Assembly: GCA_965248925.1 (NCBI GenBank)
Contig: CBDFLE010000006.1
Coordinates: 2,144,001-2,208,000 of the forward strand
Origin: Candidatus Multivoradales bacterium
GTDB taxonomy: Bacteria > Acidobacteriota > Thermoanaerobaculia > Multivoradales > J023
Length of the DNA stretch: 64,000 nucleotides
Direction: 5' to 3'
Part shown: positions 48,521-59,188 of the stretch, piece after piece
Position numbering within the stretch: position 1 is the first letter of the stretch
Layout of the letters: the number at the start of each line of letters is the position of its first letter
Position numbers and translations under genes: made by a program
Notes under the pieces: model-generated
Databases searched by the model: none
Seen by the model: only the letters and a program-made list of their open reading frames with translations
What the model was told of the DNA's origin: nothing

Positions 48521-51343
48521 TTGAGCGAACCTCGCCTACGTATTTCAGTCCTGGAAAACTTCCGCGCCACAGATCTTGGTGGCGGCGAAGAATTGATCTG
48601 CTCGGAGCGCGAAGCGGCCTTCCTGATCTACCTGGCACTCACCGATCAACCACAAACCCGGGAACATCTGGCGGAGCTTTTCTGGCCCCAGCGGGCGCCT
48701 GAACAGAGTCTCGGCAACCTTCGCGTCATGCTCAGCAGGCTGCGCAAGAAGCTCGGTGAGAACCTGCGGGTGAGCCGCCAAACCGTGACCCTCGATGGCG
48801 CCAGGGTGGAAGTCGATGCGCGCCGCTTGCAGCAGGCCTACGCCGCCTGCCAGGAGCATCCGGGGCAGCTCGCGGAAGAGCGCCTGCGCCATTGCCTACC
48901 GGCGGCCGACAACCCGCCGGCAGCAGGTGCCGGCCTGGCGAGTAGCCGGCAATTCGACGACTGGCTAGAGGAGCAGCGGCGGCGCCTCGGCCACCGCATA
49001 GCCGCCGCCAGGAGGTTGCTCATCGACCTCGCTCTGGCCCGCGGCGACGCCGACGCCGCGGCAGCCCAAAGCTCCCGCCTGGTGGCCGCCGATCCACTCG
49101 ACGAGGGCGCCCAGCGGCGGCACATAGAGCTGCTGGCCGGTAACGGCAAGCGGGCCGCCGCCCTGCGGCACTACGAAACCTGCCGCCGGCTGCTGGCTAC
49201 CGAGCTGGGAGTCGAGCCCGAGGCCGCGACCCAGCACCTGGCGCGCTCGATCCGTGGTCAGGCGTCAGCGAACGCCTCGTCGATGAGCGATCTCGACAGC
49301 CGGGCTCGCCGGATGCTGCTCGAACGCTTGGAACGGTTTTGGATCGAGGGAGTCTTACTACCGGCGATGCCGGCCGAGGGTGCGATCGAGATCCTCGCCC
49401 AAGATCGTCCGGAGCTGGTCGCGACGCCGTTCAGACAGCTGCTGCCGACCCCTGGCCGCCAGCCACCGGCCGGCTCCTCCACAGAGTCCTTGTTCGAGCG
49501 CTTCTCCAGCTCGGGCCGGTCACTCCTCATCCTCGGCGCCCCGGGCGGCGGCAAGACAATCTGCCTGCTGCAACTGGCACGACAAGCGATGCGCCAAGCC
49601 CGCGAGGATCCGCAGGCACCCGCACCAGCGGTTCTACATCTCTCCTCCTGGGGTGCGTTGGAAGCGGATTCTGCTGCCACCACCAGGTCGCTGATGGCAG
49701 AGCCATCCTTGGCTCAGTGGGCGGCCGAAGAGATCTCCCTGCGCTACTACTTGCCACTTCGGCTGGCCCGGAAATGGATTGCCGCCGGCTCCCTGATGTT
49801 GCTGCTCGATGGCCTGGACGAACTCACCGAGGACCGGCGGACCGGTTGCCTGGCGGCGATCAACCGGTTTCGCCGCGAGGCGGGCCTGGCGCCCATCGCG
49901 GTGTGCTGCCGTACCACGGCCTACCGCGCAGCGGCAGCGGCCGGCAGCGAGCTGGAGCTGGAGCTGGCGATCGAGTTGCAACCCCTTACCCCCGGGCAAA
50001 TCGATCGCTATCTAAAGGACACCGATGGCCCCTTGGCGCAGCTTTTCTCGGCCGATCCACTCCCTTCAGCCGTGCACGAATTGCTCGAAAACCCGCTGAT
50101 GTTGAGCCTGATGAGCGAGGCGCTCGAGGCACCGCGGCCGGTGCCCACCGTGGCCCGATTGCGGCACCAGATCCTCGACAGCTTCGTCGACCGGATGATG
50201 GCGCGATGTCGAGACGCCCCATGGCCGCGACCCGCTCTCGGCTTGCAGTGGTTGCGTGGTCTGGCCAACGGCCTGCTACGCAGTGGCCAGGGAGTGTTTC
50301 AAATCGAACGCCTACAGCCCAGCTGGCTGCCCACCCACAGGGCCCGACAGCACTATTTACTCGCTTCGCGGATCCTCGGTTCCCTCGTGCTGGCACTCTT
50401 GTTGATGTTGATCGCGACCCTGCTCAAACCCGGCCCGATACTGCCCTGGGCGATCCTCGGCAGCGCCCTGGTGCACGGCGTGATGCTGGCCGGAATCGAT
50501 CGCTGGAGATTCCACCTGCCAACCGCGACCGCGCCTGGCAGGTGGCGACGGCTGGGCCGTTTTGGGCTAATCGCCGGACTCGCTCTGGGCAGCACCCTGG
50601 CGGTCTTTCGCGGAATCGACCTGGAGCCAGGGGCAGGAGTCCTGCTCAGCAGCCTGGCATTGGCCGGATTGTTCGGGTGGCGGCGCCAGGGGACCGGCTA
50701 CGACCGCGACGTGCTGGCGGTCGAAGCACTCACTGGCTCTTGGCGCGGCGCCGGCCTCGGCTTTCTAGTAGGCGGTGCCCTCGGCGGCGCCCTGCCGGTG
50801 ATGCTCTTGCTGCTCTTTGACCGGTCTTCAGGACCCACCACCTGGCTCCCCGCGACGATCGGACCGCTGTTGCTCGGCGGCGGTCTCGGTGCGGTGATCG
50901 GTGGTCTGCGGGAGACCGTAGCGACCCGCCGGGCGAAGGCCAACTATGGCACTTGGATCTCTGCCCGCAGTGCCGGTCTGGGAGCGCTGTGGATGGCCAC
51001 CGCGGTGCTGCTCAGCTTCAGCGTCGGCTTCAGTGCCTTCCGTTCGCTGGGAGTTCCCACAGGATTCACCATCCGCCGGCTCGGGATGCAACCGAGTGGC
51101 TCTCAAGTCCTGGTGGCGGCGGCGGTCTGCGGCGCCTACGCCTTTCTGTGGTACGGCGGTCTAGAGATTCTCAAGCATCTGACCTTGCGCTTCATGCTGT
51201 GGCGCGCCGGCATCCTGCCCTGGCGCCTGACACCATTCATCGAACTCTCCGCCCACAGCGGTGTGCTGCGCCACGCTGAAGGCGGTACGATCTTCCGCCA
51301 CCGACTCTTGCTCGAGCACTTCGCCGCCGATGCAGAGCGCTGA
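48521..51343 (+). CDS. SARP-type wHTH/BTAD regulator fused to a NACHT NTPase and a multi-TM domain
   Basis: REHLAELFWP..NLRVMLSRLRK; DPLDE..ELGVEP (BTAD); GAPGGGKT; LLLDGLDE; NPLML; TM region; FRHRLLLEHFA. Confidence 0.85.
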   Translation: MSEPRLRISVLENFRATDLGGGEELICSEREAAFLIYLALTDQPQTREHLAELFWPQRAPEQSLGNLRVMLSRLRKKLGENLRVSRQTVTLDGARVEVDARRLQQAYAACQEHPGQLAEERLRHCLPAADNPPAAGAGLASSRQFDDWLEEQRRRLGHRIAAARRLLIDLALARGDADAAAAQSSRLVAADPLDEGAQRRHIELLAGNGKRAAALRHYETCRRLLATELGVEPEAATQHLARSIRGQASANASSMSDLDSRARRMLLERLERFWIEGVLLPAMPAEGAIEILAQDRPELVATPFRQLLPTPGRQPPAGSSTESLFERFSSSGRSLLILGAPGGGKTICLLQLARQAMRQAREDPQAPAPAVLHLSSWGALEADSAATTRSLMAEPSLAQWAAEEISLRYYLPLRLARKWIAAGSLMLLLDGLDELTEDRRTGCLAAINRFRREAGLAPIAVCCRTTAYRAAAAAGSELELELAIELQPLTPGQIDRYLKDTDGPLAQLFSADPLPSAVHELLENPLMLSLMSEALEAPRPVPTVARLRHQILDSFVDRMMARCRDAPWPRPALGLQWLRGLANGLLRSGQGVFQIERLQPSWLPTHRARQHYLLASRILGSLVLALLLMLIATLLKPGPILPWAILGSALVHGVMLAGIDRWRFHLPTATAPGRWRRLGRFGLIAGLALGSTLAVFRGIDLEPGAGVLLSSLALAGLFGWRRQGTGYDRDVLAVEALTGSWRGAGLGFLVGGALGGALPVMLLLLFDRSSGPTTWLPATIGPLLLGGGLGAVIGGLRETVATRRAKANYGTWISARSAGLGALWMATAVLLSFSVGFSAFRSLGVPTGFTIRRLGMQPSGSQVLVAAAVCGAYAFLWYGGLEILKHLTLRFMLWRAGILPWRLTPFIELSAHSGVLRHAEGGTIFRHRLLLEHFAADAER

Positions 51344-51363
51344 GGATTCTGGGCCGGGGCGAG

Positions 51364-51471
51364 GCAAGCCGGCGCCGGATAACAGCCGGTCCACCACCGG
51401 CCGCTCAAGGCTGAGACCTAGTTGCCTACGCTGGAGGTCCAGGCATCCAGTTCCCCAGACTCGAAGCCATC
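51364..51471. repeat. Direct repeat B
   Basis: Partner of 39350-39457; constant offset of 12014 nt. Confidence 0.85.
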
Positions 51472-53757
51472 GGCGAAGATCTCCAAGAAGCTGCCGCGCC
51501 AGTGTTGCAACAGCTGACGAAGGGCTTCGGGGGGATTCTGCGGCTCGCCTTGGTCGGCTTGGTCAGCGCTGTTGAGGCCATGGCAGGAAGCACAGACGCG
51601 AATCTCGCCGGGTTGGAAGGTGAGCCAGTAGCGCTCGCGCACCACCGGTTCTTGGTCCGGCGCGGTGAGCTGCCAGCTGAGCGCTCGGCGAGTGGGCACG
51701 AAGGCGGCTACCGAGCCATCGGCCGCTACCGCCACACCGCCGCTGGGCGCGCCGGGGGCCGGCGGATGGTCGATCGCCGGGTCATCGACCGGCCTCGCCA
51801 GCACCCGGCGACCGGAATTGGGGCTTGCCATGCCGCCGATACCGCGCAGCTGCCGGGCCTCGAAAATCTGCAGATGCGAGACATCGTAGACCACCCCGCC
51901 GGCGCCCACGGTCTAGGTACCGCCACCGGCAACTGCCAGGTTGTAGGGCTGCTGCTGATCGGCAACGTCGCGGGTGGTGATATCGCGGCTGACGATCAAA
52001 GCCAGCCCGCGGTCGCGCAGGTAGGAGCGCAGCAGCTCCGGGTCGACTTGCTCCTCGGCAAAGATCTGCGCCTCGGGAGCCGCCAGAGCGGTCTCACTCA
52101 ACAGGGCCGGCTGGGGTCGCGAACGCACTTCCACCGGACTGAGTTCCCAGAGTTCGCCGCTGTAGCTGACCAGCACGTCGGGATCCCAATACGACAAGGT
52201 CTCGACAATGCCGCCAGTGAGTTCGCTGCCGGCTTCCAGAAAAGAACCGGCGGTCTGCAACAGGCGCATCCGGAACTTGTAGCGCGGGTCGGGATTGGCG
52301 CGGCTGCCATCGTTGCCGGCGTAGCGGGTCTCGAAGGTGTGCGCCGCCAACACCTGGCCATCGCTCAGCGGCAACGGATCCCGATAGTGGCCCGAATGCG
52401 TCGCTGGCGGCGTCGCCCCATCATCGACAGTGGTGCCGGTATCCGGATGGGTGTGGTAGGTCACAGCGATGGCATCGGCACGACGCTCCGGAGGTGCTTC
52501 CAGGCTTACCACCTGGCCAGCAGCGTGGGTGCCGAATTCGGGAGCTTCGGTGCCGAAGTAGCGCCCCGCTTGGCTGGGATCCTCAGCGATCTGAAACAGG
52601 TTCTGAATGCTGTTCGGATTGAAGCGGCCCGAAACCGCGGCGATGAATTCGTCGAGATTGGCGTCGTCATTGCGCACCCGGTTGAAATAGTCGTGCAGCT
52701 CGTGCCGGCCGATGTGGTTCAGGGTCTCTTCCCCGGTGCCATCGGGCAGGATCATCCACGGCGAGAAGTGGTTGAAGCGATGTCCCTCGAGCGGCGTGCC
52801 AGCCAGCAGGTCGGTGCGCTCCTCACGAGGCTCGGGAAAGACCTCCTCCTGGCGCGGCAGCAGGGCTGCGCCAGCACTCTCTTCGCTGTAGTCGAAAGTA
52901 CCGTAGCTGCCGCCGAGGGCGTCGCTGTCGGCCTGCTGATCACGCTGTAGATGATCCCAGCGGGTGAACAGGATCCGGCCATAGCTATCGACCAGCGGAC
53001 CAAACGAGCCCGACGGCGAGTGTTGCAACAAGATCAGCTCACCGGTCGACGGGTTGAGGCTCCACAGGCCGGTGTTGGTGGCGGTCGACTCGTACTCATC
53101 GTGCTGCGGATAGAGGTGCCGCTGGCCGGAGCGGGGCCGATCAGAGGTGAAGATCAATCGCCCATCGGGAGAGTAGATCGGCTCGACATTGTTGTAATCC
53201 ACCGGCTGGTTCGAAACGCGAGTGATCGCCGCCGTCTCCCCCAGGCCAAAACCGCTGATCTCGTAGATCTGCCAGTAGTAGGTAGCCACCTGATACTGCT
53301 GCGTCGGTGCTCCTATCGCCATGCTGAACAGCGCCCGGGCGCCGTCCCAATGGAGGTGCGGATCGCGCACCGCGATCGCGCCGGCACCCTGGAAGCCAGC
53401 GTTGCCATAGCCCGCTTCGCGAGTCAAGTTGCGCAGCGTGCCATCGCCGTAGCGGATGTAGAGATCACCACCTCGACCCGCATCTTGCAAGCCTGCCCGG
53501 TGATTGGCAAAGGTCGAGCCAATGGTGGCGAAATCCTGGGCGATCGGAAATTGGGTGACGAACAAAATGGGATTGGGCAAAGTAGGTGGCAAGCCCTTGT
53601 CGAGGTCATCCCCAGCAGTCATCGGGACGGCCAACAGGACCAGGGCAACCGACCAAGCGACACGACCCGCAGCCCGCTGAATAGCGTTTGGAGAAAGTCT
53701 CAACAGTAGCTCCTTCACTTGTTCCAAGAAATCCGGCTCAGTTCGCCGCAGATTCAC
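51418..53757 (-). pseudogene. HzsA-like (hydrazine synthase alpha-related) propeller/heme protein interrupted by one in-frame TAG (51913-51915)
   Basis: ORFs 51913-53757 and 51418-51909 are in the same frame: GGGT*TVGAGG; TolB-like motifs, QPGEIRVCASCH, DGFES tail; start uncertain. Confidence 0.7.
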
Positions 53758-53906
53758 GACTTTATTCGAAATATGCAGATTTGTCGATCTCTGGCGTCGC
53801 TAACTCTGCCGACCTGCAACTAGCAGCAGCGAGAAGATTGCAAAGGTATGCTATAACGGCATGCAACAATGGCACTTTCGATTTGCACCAAGAGAAGGAG
53901 ACATCC

Positions 53907-54995
53907 ATGAGTTCGAAAATCTTGTCCGTTGCCCTAGGTGAATTGCTCCTAGCCATCTTGACCAGCGCGCCTCTAGTGGCCGGCGTGGTCTACGTCGCAG
54001 ATGCTGGTGCCGGCACCGACTTTCGAGGCGCGTTGTTCCGGGTCGATCCCACCTCGGGCCACCGTACCCTGATTTCCGATTTTGGCGACCCCGGCCAGGG
54101 GCCACTGGGCCTGAACAGCCGCGGCGCCGTCCTCGAACCAGCCGGAACCGTGCTGATGGTCGATCCATTTGTCGGTACATCGAGCTTGGGAGCACTGTTT
54201 CGAATCGACCCGAGCACCGGTGTACGAATCATCTTGAGCGACTTCGGAGATCCCGCCCAGGGACCGACGGGGAGCTTTCCAATTGGTGTCACCCTCGAAC
54301 CAGGGGGTTCGATTATCACTACCGACGCACAAGCCGCCGTCTTGTTCCGCATCGACCCGGCGACCGGCATGCGAACGATCGCCAGCGATTTCTCAGATCC
54401 AACGCAGGGCCCTCTCGGCGGCTCGCTAATCCACACTGACATCGCTGCGGATGGCAACCTCTGGGTTACAGACTCTAACGCCGGGACCGGTTTCTTCGGT
54501 GCTCTTTTTCGCGTCAACCCGGCGACTGGCAATCGAACCCTCCTCAGCGATCTCGGCGATGCCGCCCAGGGACCCACCGCCGCTGGTGTTTCAGGCATCG
54601 CGATCGAGGCCAGCGGTCAGATCCCTGTGTCGGCCAACCACGGGGTGGATTTCGGTCAGCTGTTACGGATCGATCCACTCACCGGTAGCCGGTCGACGCT
54701 GCACGACTTCGCCGCTCCCGGCGGGACGATCTGTATCTTCGTGGGTGCTACCGACCCACGGGAGATCGCTGTCGAGGAAGACGGCAACATTCTGATCCTC
54801 ACCCGCGACGCCCTGATCGGTGTCCCAGGTAGTATCTATCGCATCGATCCGATCAGCGGTTCGCGATCGCTCTTGAGCTGCTTCGGCGATGCTCAGCAAG
54901 GGGACCTGGGTGAATCACCGACGGGTATCGACGTCCGCACTTGCGGTCCGATCTTCGCCGACGGGTTCGAGTCCGGCGATACGTTGGCCTGGTGA
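53907..54995 (+). CDS. Secreted repeat beta-propeller protein with DGFES tail
   Basis: AAGGAG RBS; signal peptide; ~6 repeats of LFR(V/I)DP.TG.R...SDFGDP.QGP; ends IFADGFESGDTLAW. Confidence 0.8.
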   Translation: MSSKILSVALGELLLAILTSAPLVAGVVYVADAGAGTDFRGALFRVDPTSGHRTLISDFGDPGQGPLGLNSRGAVLEPAGTVLMVDPFVGTSSLGALFRIDPSTGVRIILSDFGDPAQGPTGSFPIGVTLEPGGSIITTDAQAAVLFRIDPATGMRTIASDFSDPTQGPLGGSLIHTDIAADGNLWVTDSNAGTGFFGALFRVNPATGNRTLLSDLGDAAQGPTAAGVSGIAIEASGQIPVSANHGVDFGQLLRIDPLTGSRSTLHDFAAPGGTICIFVGATDPREIAVEEDGNILILTRDALIGVPGSIYRIDPISGSRSLLSCFGDAQQGDLGESPTGIDVRTCGPIFADGFESGDTLAW

Positions 54996-55219
54996 ACCGC
55001 GCTATCCCCGGAGTGGGAGAGGCGGTGGCGCATCCAAATCTACCGAATGTACGCGACAGAGAGTCAAACGCTCACAGGTGTCGCGGAACCCTTCGCTCCA
55101 GGCGAGAGCTGCGGATCGCACCTTCAACAGGCGCAAAACGAGCGGCAGGCCGTAGGCTAGTTCTCCGATAGCTCAAGCGTCTTGAAGAGCGAGCGGCACC
55201 GGTAAACAGATACCGGTTT

Positions 55220-55570
55220 TCAAGGATGGCCAGAGTCGGCGAGTAGCGCTTCGAGGGCAGCAATGACCATCTTGAGATCGACCGAAACAACATCCCAGAC
55301 GATGTCGTGGTCAACCGAGGCGTAGCCATGAACCAGGCGGTTTCGCATGCCGATGATCTCACGCCAAGGGATTTGAGGCGCGCCGGCCTTGGTCCCCGCA
55401 GAGACCTTGCTCGCTGCCTCACCGATGATCTCGATGAAGCGTTCCAGAGCTGCCGCCAAGACAAAATCTGAGTCGAGATCGGAGCGTTCACTTTGTGTGA
55501 CCGCCTCGACCGCCCGACGGGAGTAGTCGAGCATGTCCCGGAGAAGAGCCTCGTCTTCAGGCCGCCTCAT
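55220..55570 (-). CDS. HEPN/DUF86 toxin
   Basis: EIIGEAA, IPW..I.GMRNRLVHGY. Confidence 0.9.
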   Translation of the reverse strand: MRRPEDEALLRDMLDYSRRAVEAVTQSERSDLDSDFVLAAALERFIEIIGEAASKVSAGTKAGAPQIPWREIIGMRNRLVHGYASVDHDIVWDVVSVDLKMVIAALEALLADSGHP

Positions 55571-55865
55571 AGAACGATATTGCCTCTTCACCGACCCGAT
55601 CACGGAAGTGCGGGCTCAGGAAGGCCAGAGTGTTCAAGTCCACTTTCCGTCCAAGGAGACCCTGCAGCTCCTCCTGGACGGTAATGAAACGCAGACCGAC
55701 GTGTTGTCCCGGAAAGAACTCAACCAAGATGTCGATATCGCTCCCCGGGCCAAGCTCATCTCTGGCCGCCGAGCCGAATAGCGCCAGGCGAGAAATCCCG
55801 TGCTGGTTGCAGAACTCTGCGAGCTGTTCGCGGTCAATGCCTTCGAGTATCCCGCTCATCGTCAC
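55557..55865 (-). CDS. MNT antitoxin (minimal nucleotidyltransferase)
   Basis: LFGSAAR..SDIDILVEF, GRKVDL. Confidence 0.9.
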   Translation of the reverse strand: MTMSGILEGIDREQLAEFCNQHGISRLALFGSAARDELGPGSDIDILVEFFPGQHVGLRFITVQEELQGLLGRKVDLNTLAFLSPHFRDRVGEEAISFYEAA

Positions 55866-55948
55866 TCAATACTAGCGCAGCAGCCGGAGCTACGGGCGCA
55901 TGCCAGTCGAGTGGATGGGGGTAGAACAGCGCTTGAGCCAACACTGTA

Positions 55949-56039
<91 letters not shown>

Positions 56040-56059
56040 GTGGTCTGATCTCTGAGCCT

Positions 56060-57352
<1,293 letters not shown>

Positions 57353-57442
57353 CTAACGACCCCTCTGCGGCAGCGCAATCAGCCATTCCACGCCGCTACC
57401 AGCCCCGGCAGCGGGATAAGATCCCAACCGCGAACCCAGGAG

Positions 57443-59188
57443 ATGAATATCTACCCCGACCACGCCGCTAGGCCACCCCTGAAGGCCGTTCGATCTGCCT
57501 CGCCACGGGCGTTGCAGGTGCTGCTGCCATTGCTGGCCGGGTCCGCAGCTTGGGTGCTGGCGATCAACCAGGCCGATCCGGCGGCGGCGGCCGAGAGCCG
57601 CTATCTGGCGCTACTGATCGCCAGCGTACTGTGCGTCTCCACGGTCCTCAGTAGAGGTGAAAGTTGGCACGGTGTTGGTTGGCCGACTGGCCTCGGCTTG
57701 GTGGCGGCTCCGCTGCTCGCCTGGGCAGTACCGCACGGCCCCCACCGCGGCGCCGCAATCTGCCTCTTGCTAACCACCGTCCTGACCCTGGCGGCCGTCC
57801 GCCGCGGGCGCCGGCACACGCTGCTCGACCTGCCCAGCTCTATCGCCCTCTGCCTCGGCTGCCAGCTGCTCACCCGCAGCGACATCCTGCTGACCGCCCC
57901 CCAATCCCCCCGCACTGTCGCCATTCTGCTGTCTAGCATCCTGGCGGGGCTGGCCTTGGCACTGCTCGCCAAACGTCACGGTGAACGACGCGCCCTCTAC
58001 GCTGGCGCCGCAACTTTGCTCTTGGGCGCCGGCTTGACGGTGACCGGCGCCGGCATGCTGCTGGCCTTGGCGGCCGGCAGCTGGCTCGGCAAGCCTGGCA
58101 AGCGACACTGGTGGGCACTTGCCGGACTGCTTCCCATCGTGCTGTGGAACCCTCTCTTGGGCGGCCTGACAGTCGCCGCTGCGTTGAGCCTGGTCGGCGG
58201 CTGGTGGCAGCTGGCTCCAGCGGCCGCCATCGGCGCGGTGGTGACTTACAAGATTGTGATCGGCGCCCTACCTGCCTCGATGGCGGCAATCATGATGGTC
58301 AGCGCCATCGGCTTGGCGTTGGTTCCCACCTTGGTTTTCGTCAAGCGCCAACGCTACGGCCAACTGGCTGGCGCCCTGGCATTGATCGGCGGCGCGGGCT
58401 GGTTAACGGCAGGGTTGGCCCTGCTGCCAGGGGTGGCGCTAGCTAGCCTGACACTGCCGCGGACAGGTGTGGGTGCCCGGTTGCAAGGCATTTGGCTGCT
58501 CTTCGCCAGCTTCTGTGGCGGACTGATGATGGCCTACCCTTGGCTCGACCCTCAGCCCTTCACTCAGATACTGAAGTTGCTCGGTCTCGGGCCTGAGCCC
58601 ATTTCCATCTTGGCTTGGGTCGCCGTAGTAACCCTGCTCGGCTGGGTCTTGCTACGGCTAGACCTTGATCTTGGCCCCTGGCCCGACCGCTTGATCTGGC
58701 TGCTGCTCTTCGCCTTGCTGGGGTTGAACTTGCCAGCGGCTTCGCGAGTGCCATTGGACTATCAAGTGGTGGCTCTCGAAAGTAACAGGCCACCTTGGAG
58801 CGCTGAGCTGGACGGCGGCAAGGTTGGCCAGATCAGCATCGATTGCAACGTGGTCAATGGCGCCGGCTTGGTTAGTGGTACGCCGGTGATGGCGATCCAA
58901 TTGCTCGATGCCAGCGGCAAGCCGCTCGAACACTGGACCTTGGCCAGTGGCGTGGACACCGCCGAGTGGGCGGCGGCGCGGCCCGATGTAGCCGCCCTGC
59001 CAGGATTCCAGGCGCCCCCACCGTGGCTTGCCTACGTCGCTCCGGGAGGCGGCTTCTTCGGCCATCGTTACCGCTCTCGCCTGACCACCAGCTTGCCTCA
59101 CCATGCCGCGCGTTTGGTGATCCGGCGCGCCGCCGGGCTGGGGCCGGAGGTAACCCCGGTGATCTACCGGGTGGAGCTGCGGCCATGA
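57443..59188 (+). CDS. Polytopic membrane protein with C-terminal soluble domain
   Basis: CAGGAG RBS; many TM segments; coupled to the glycosyltransferase genes. Confidence 0.65.
   Translation: MNIYPDHAARPPLKAVRSASPRALQVLLPLLAGSAAWVLAINQADPAAAAESRYLALLIASVLCVSTVLSRGESWHGVGWPTGLGLVAAPLLAWAVPHGPHRGAAICLLLTTVLTLAAVRRGRRHTLLDLPSSIALCLGCQLLTRSDILLTAPQSPRTVAILLSSILAGLALALLAKRHGERRALYAGAATLLLGAGLTVTGAGMLLALAAGSWLGKPGKRHWWALAGLLPIVLWNPLLGGLTVAAALSLVGGWWQLAPAAAIGAVVTYKIVIGALPASMAAIMMVSAIGLALVPTLVFVKRQRYGQLAGALALIGGAGWLTAGLALLPGVALASLTLPRTGVGARLQGIWLLFASFCGGLMMAYPWLDPQPFTQILKLLGLGPEPISILAWVAVVTLLGWVLLRLDLDLGPWPDRLIWLLLFALLGLNLPAASRVPLDYQVVALESNRPPWSAELDGGKVGQISIDCNVVNGAGLVSGTPVMAIQLLDASGKPLEHWTLASGVDTAEWAAARPDVAALPGFQAPPPWLAYVAPGGGFFGHRYRSRLTTSLPHHAARLVIRRAAGLGPEVTPVIYRVELRP

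Noticed and set aside
49339-52950. Long alternative-frame ORFs (e.g. 49339-50820, 51502-52950, also 42748-43806)
   Set aside because: Shadow ORFs overlapping well-supported genes in GC-rich DNA, with no recognisable motifs
51418-53757. Evidence for anammox metabolism
   Set aside because: Only an HzsA-like fold, which is interrupted, with no hzsB/C or hao genes in the window
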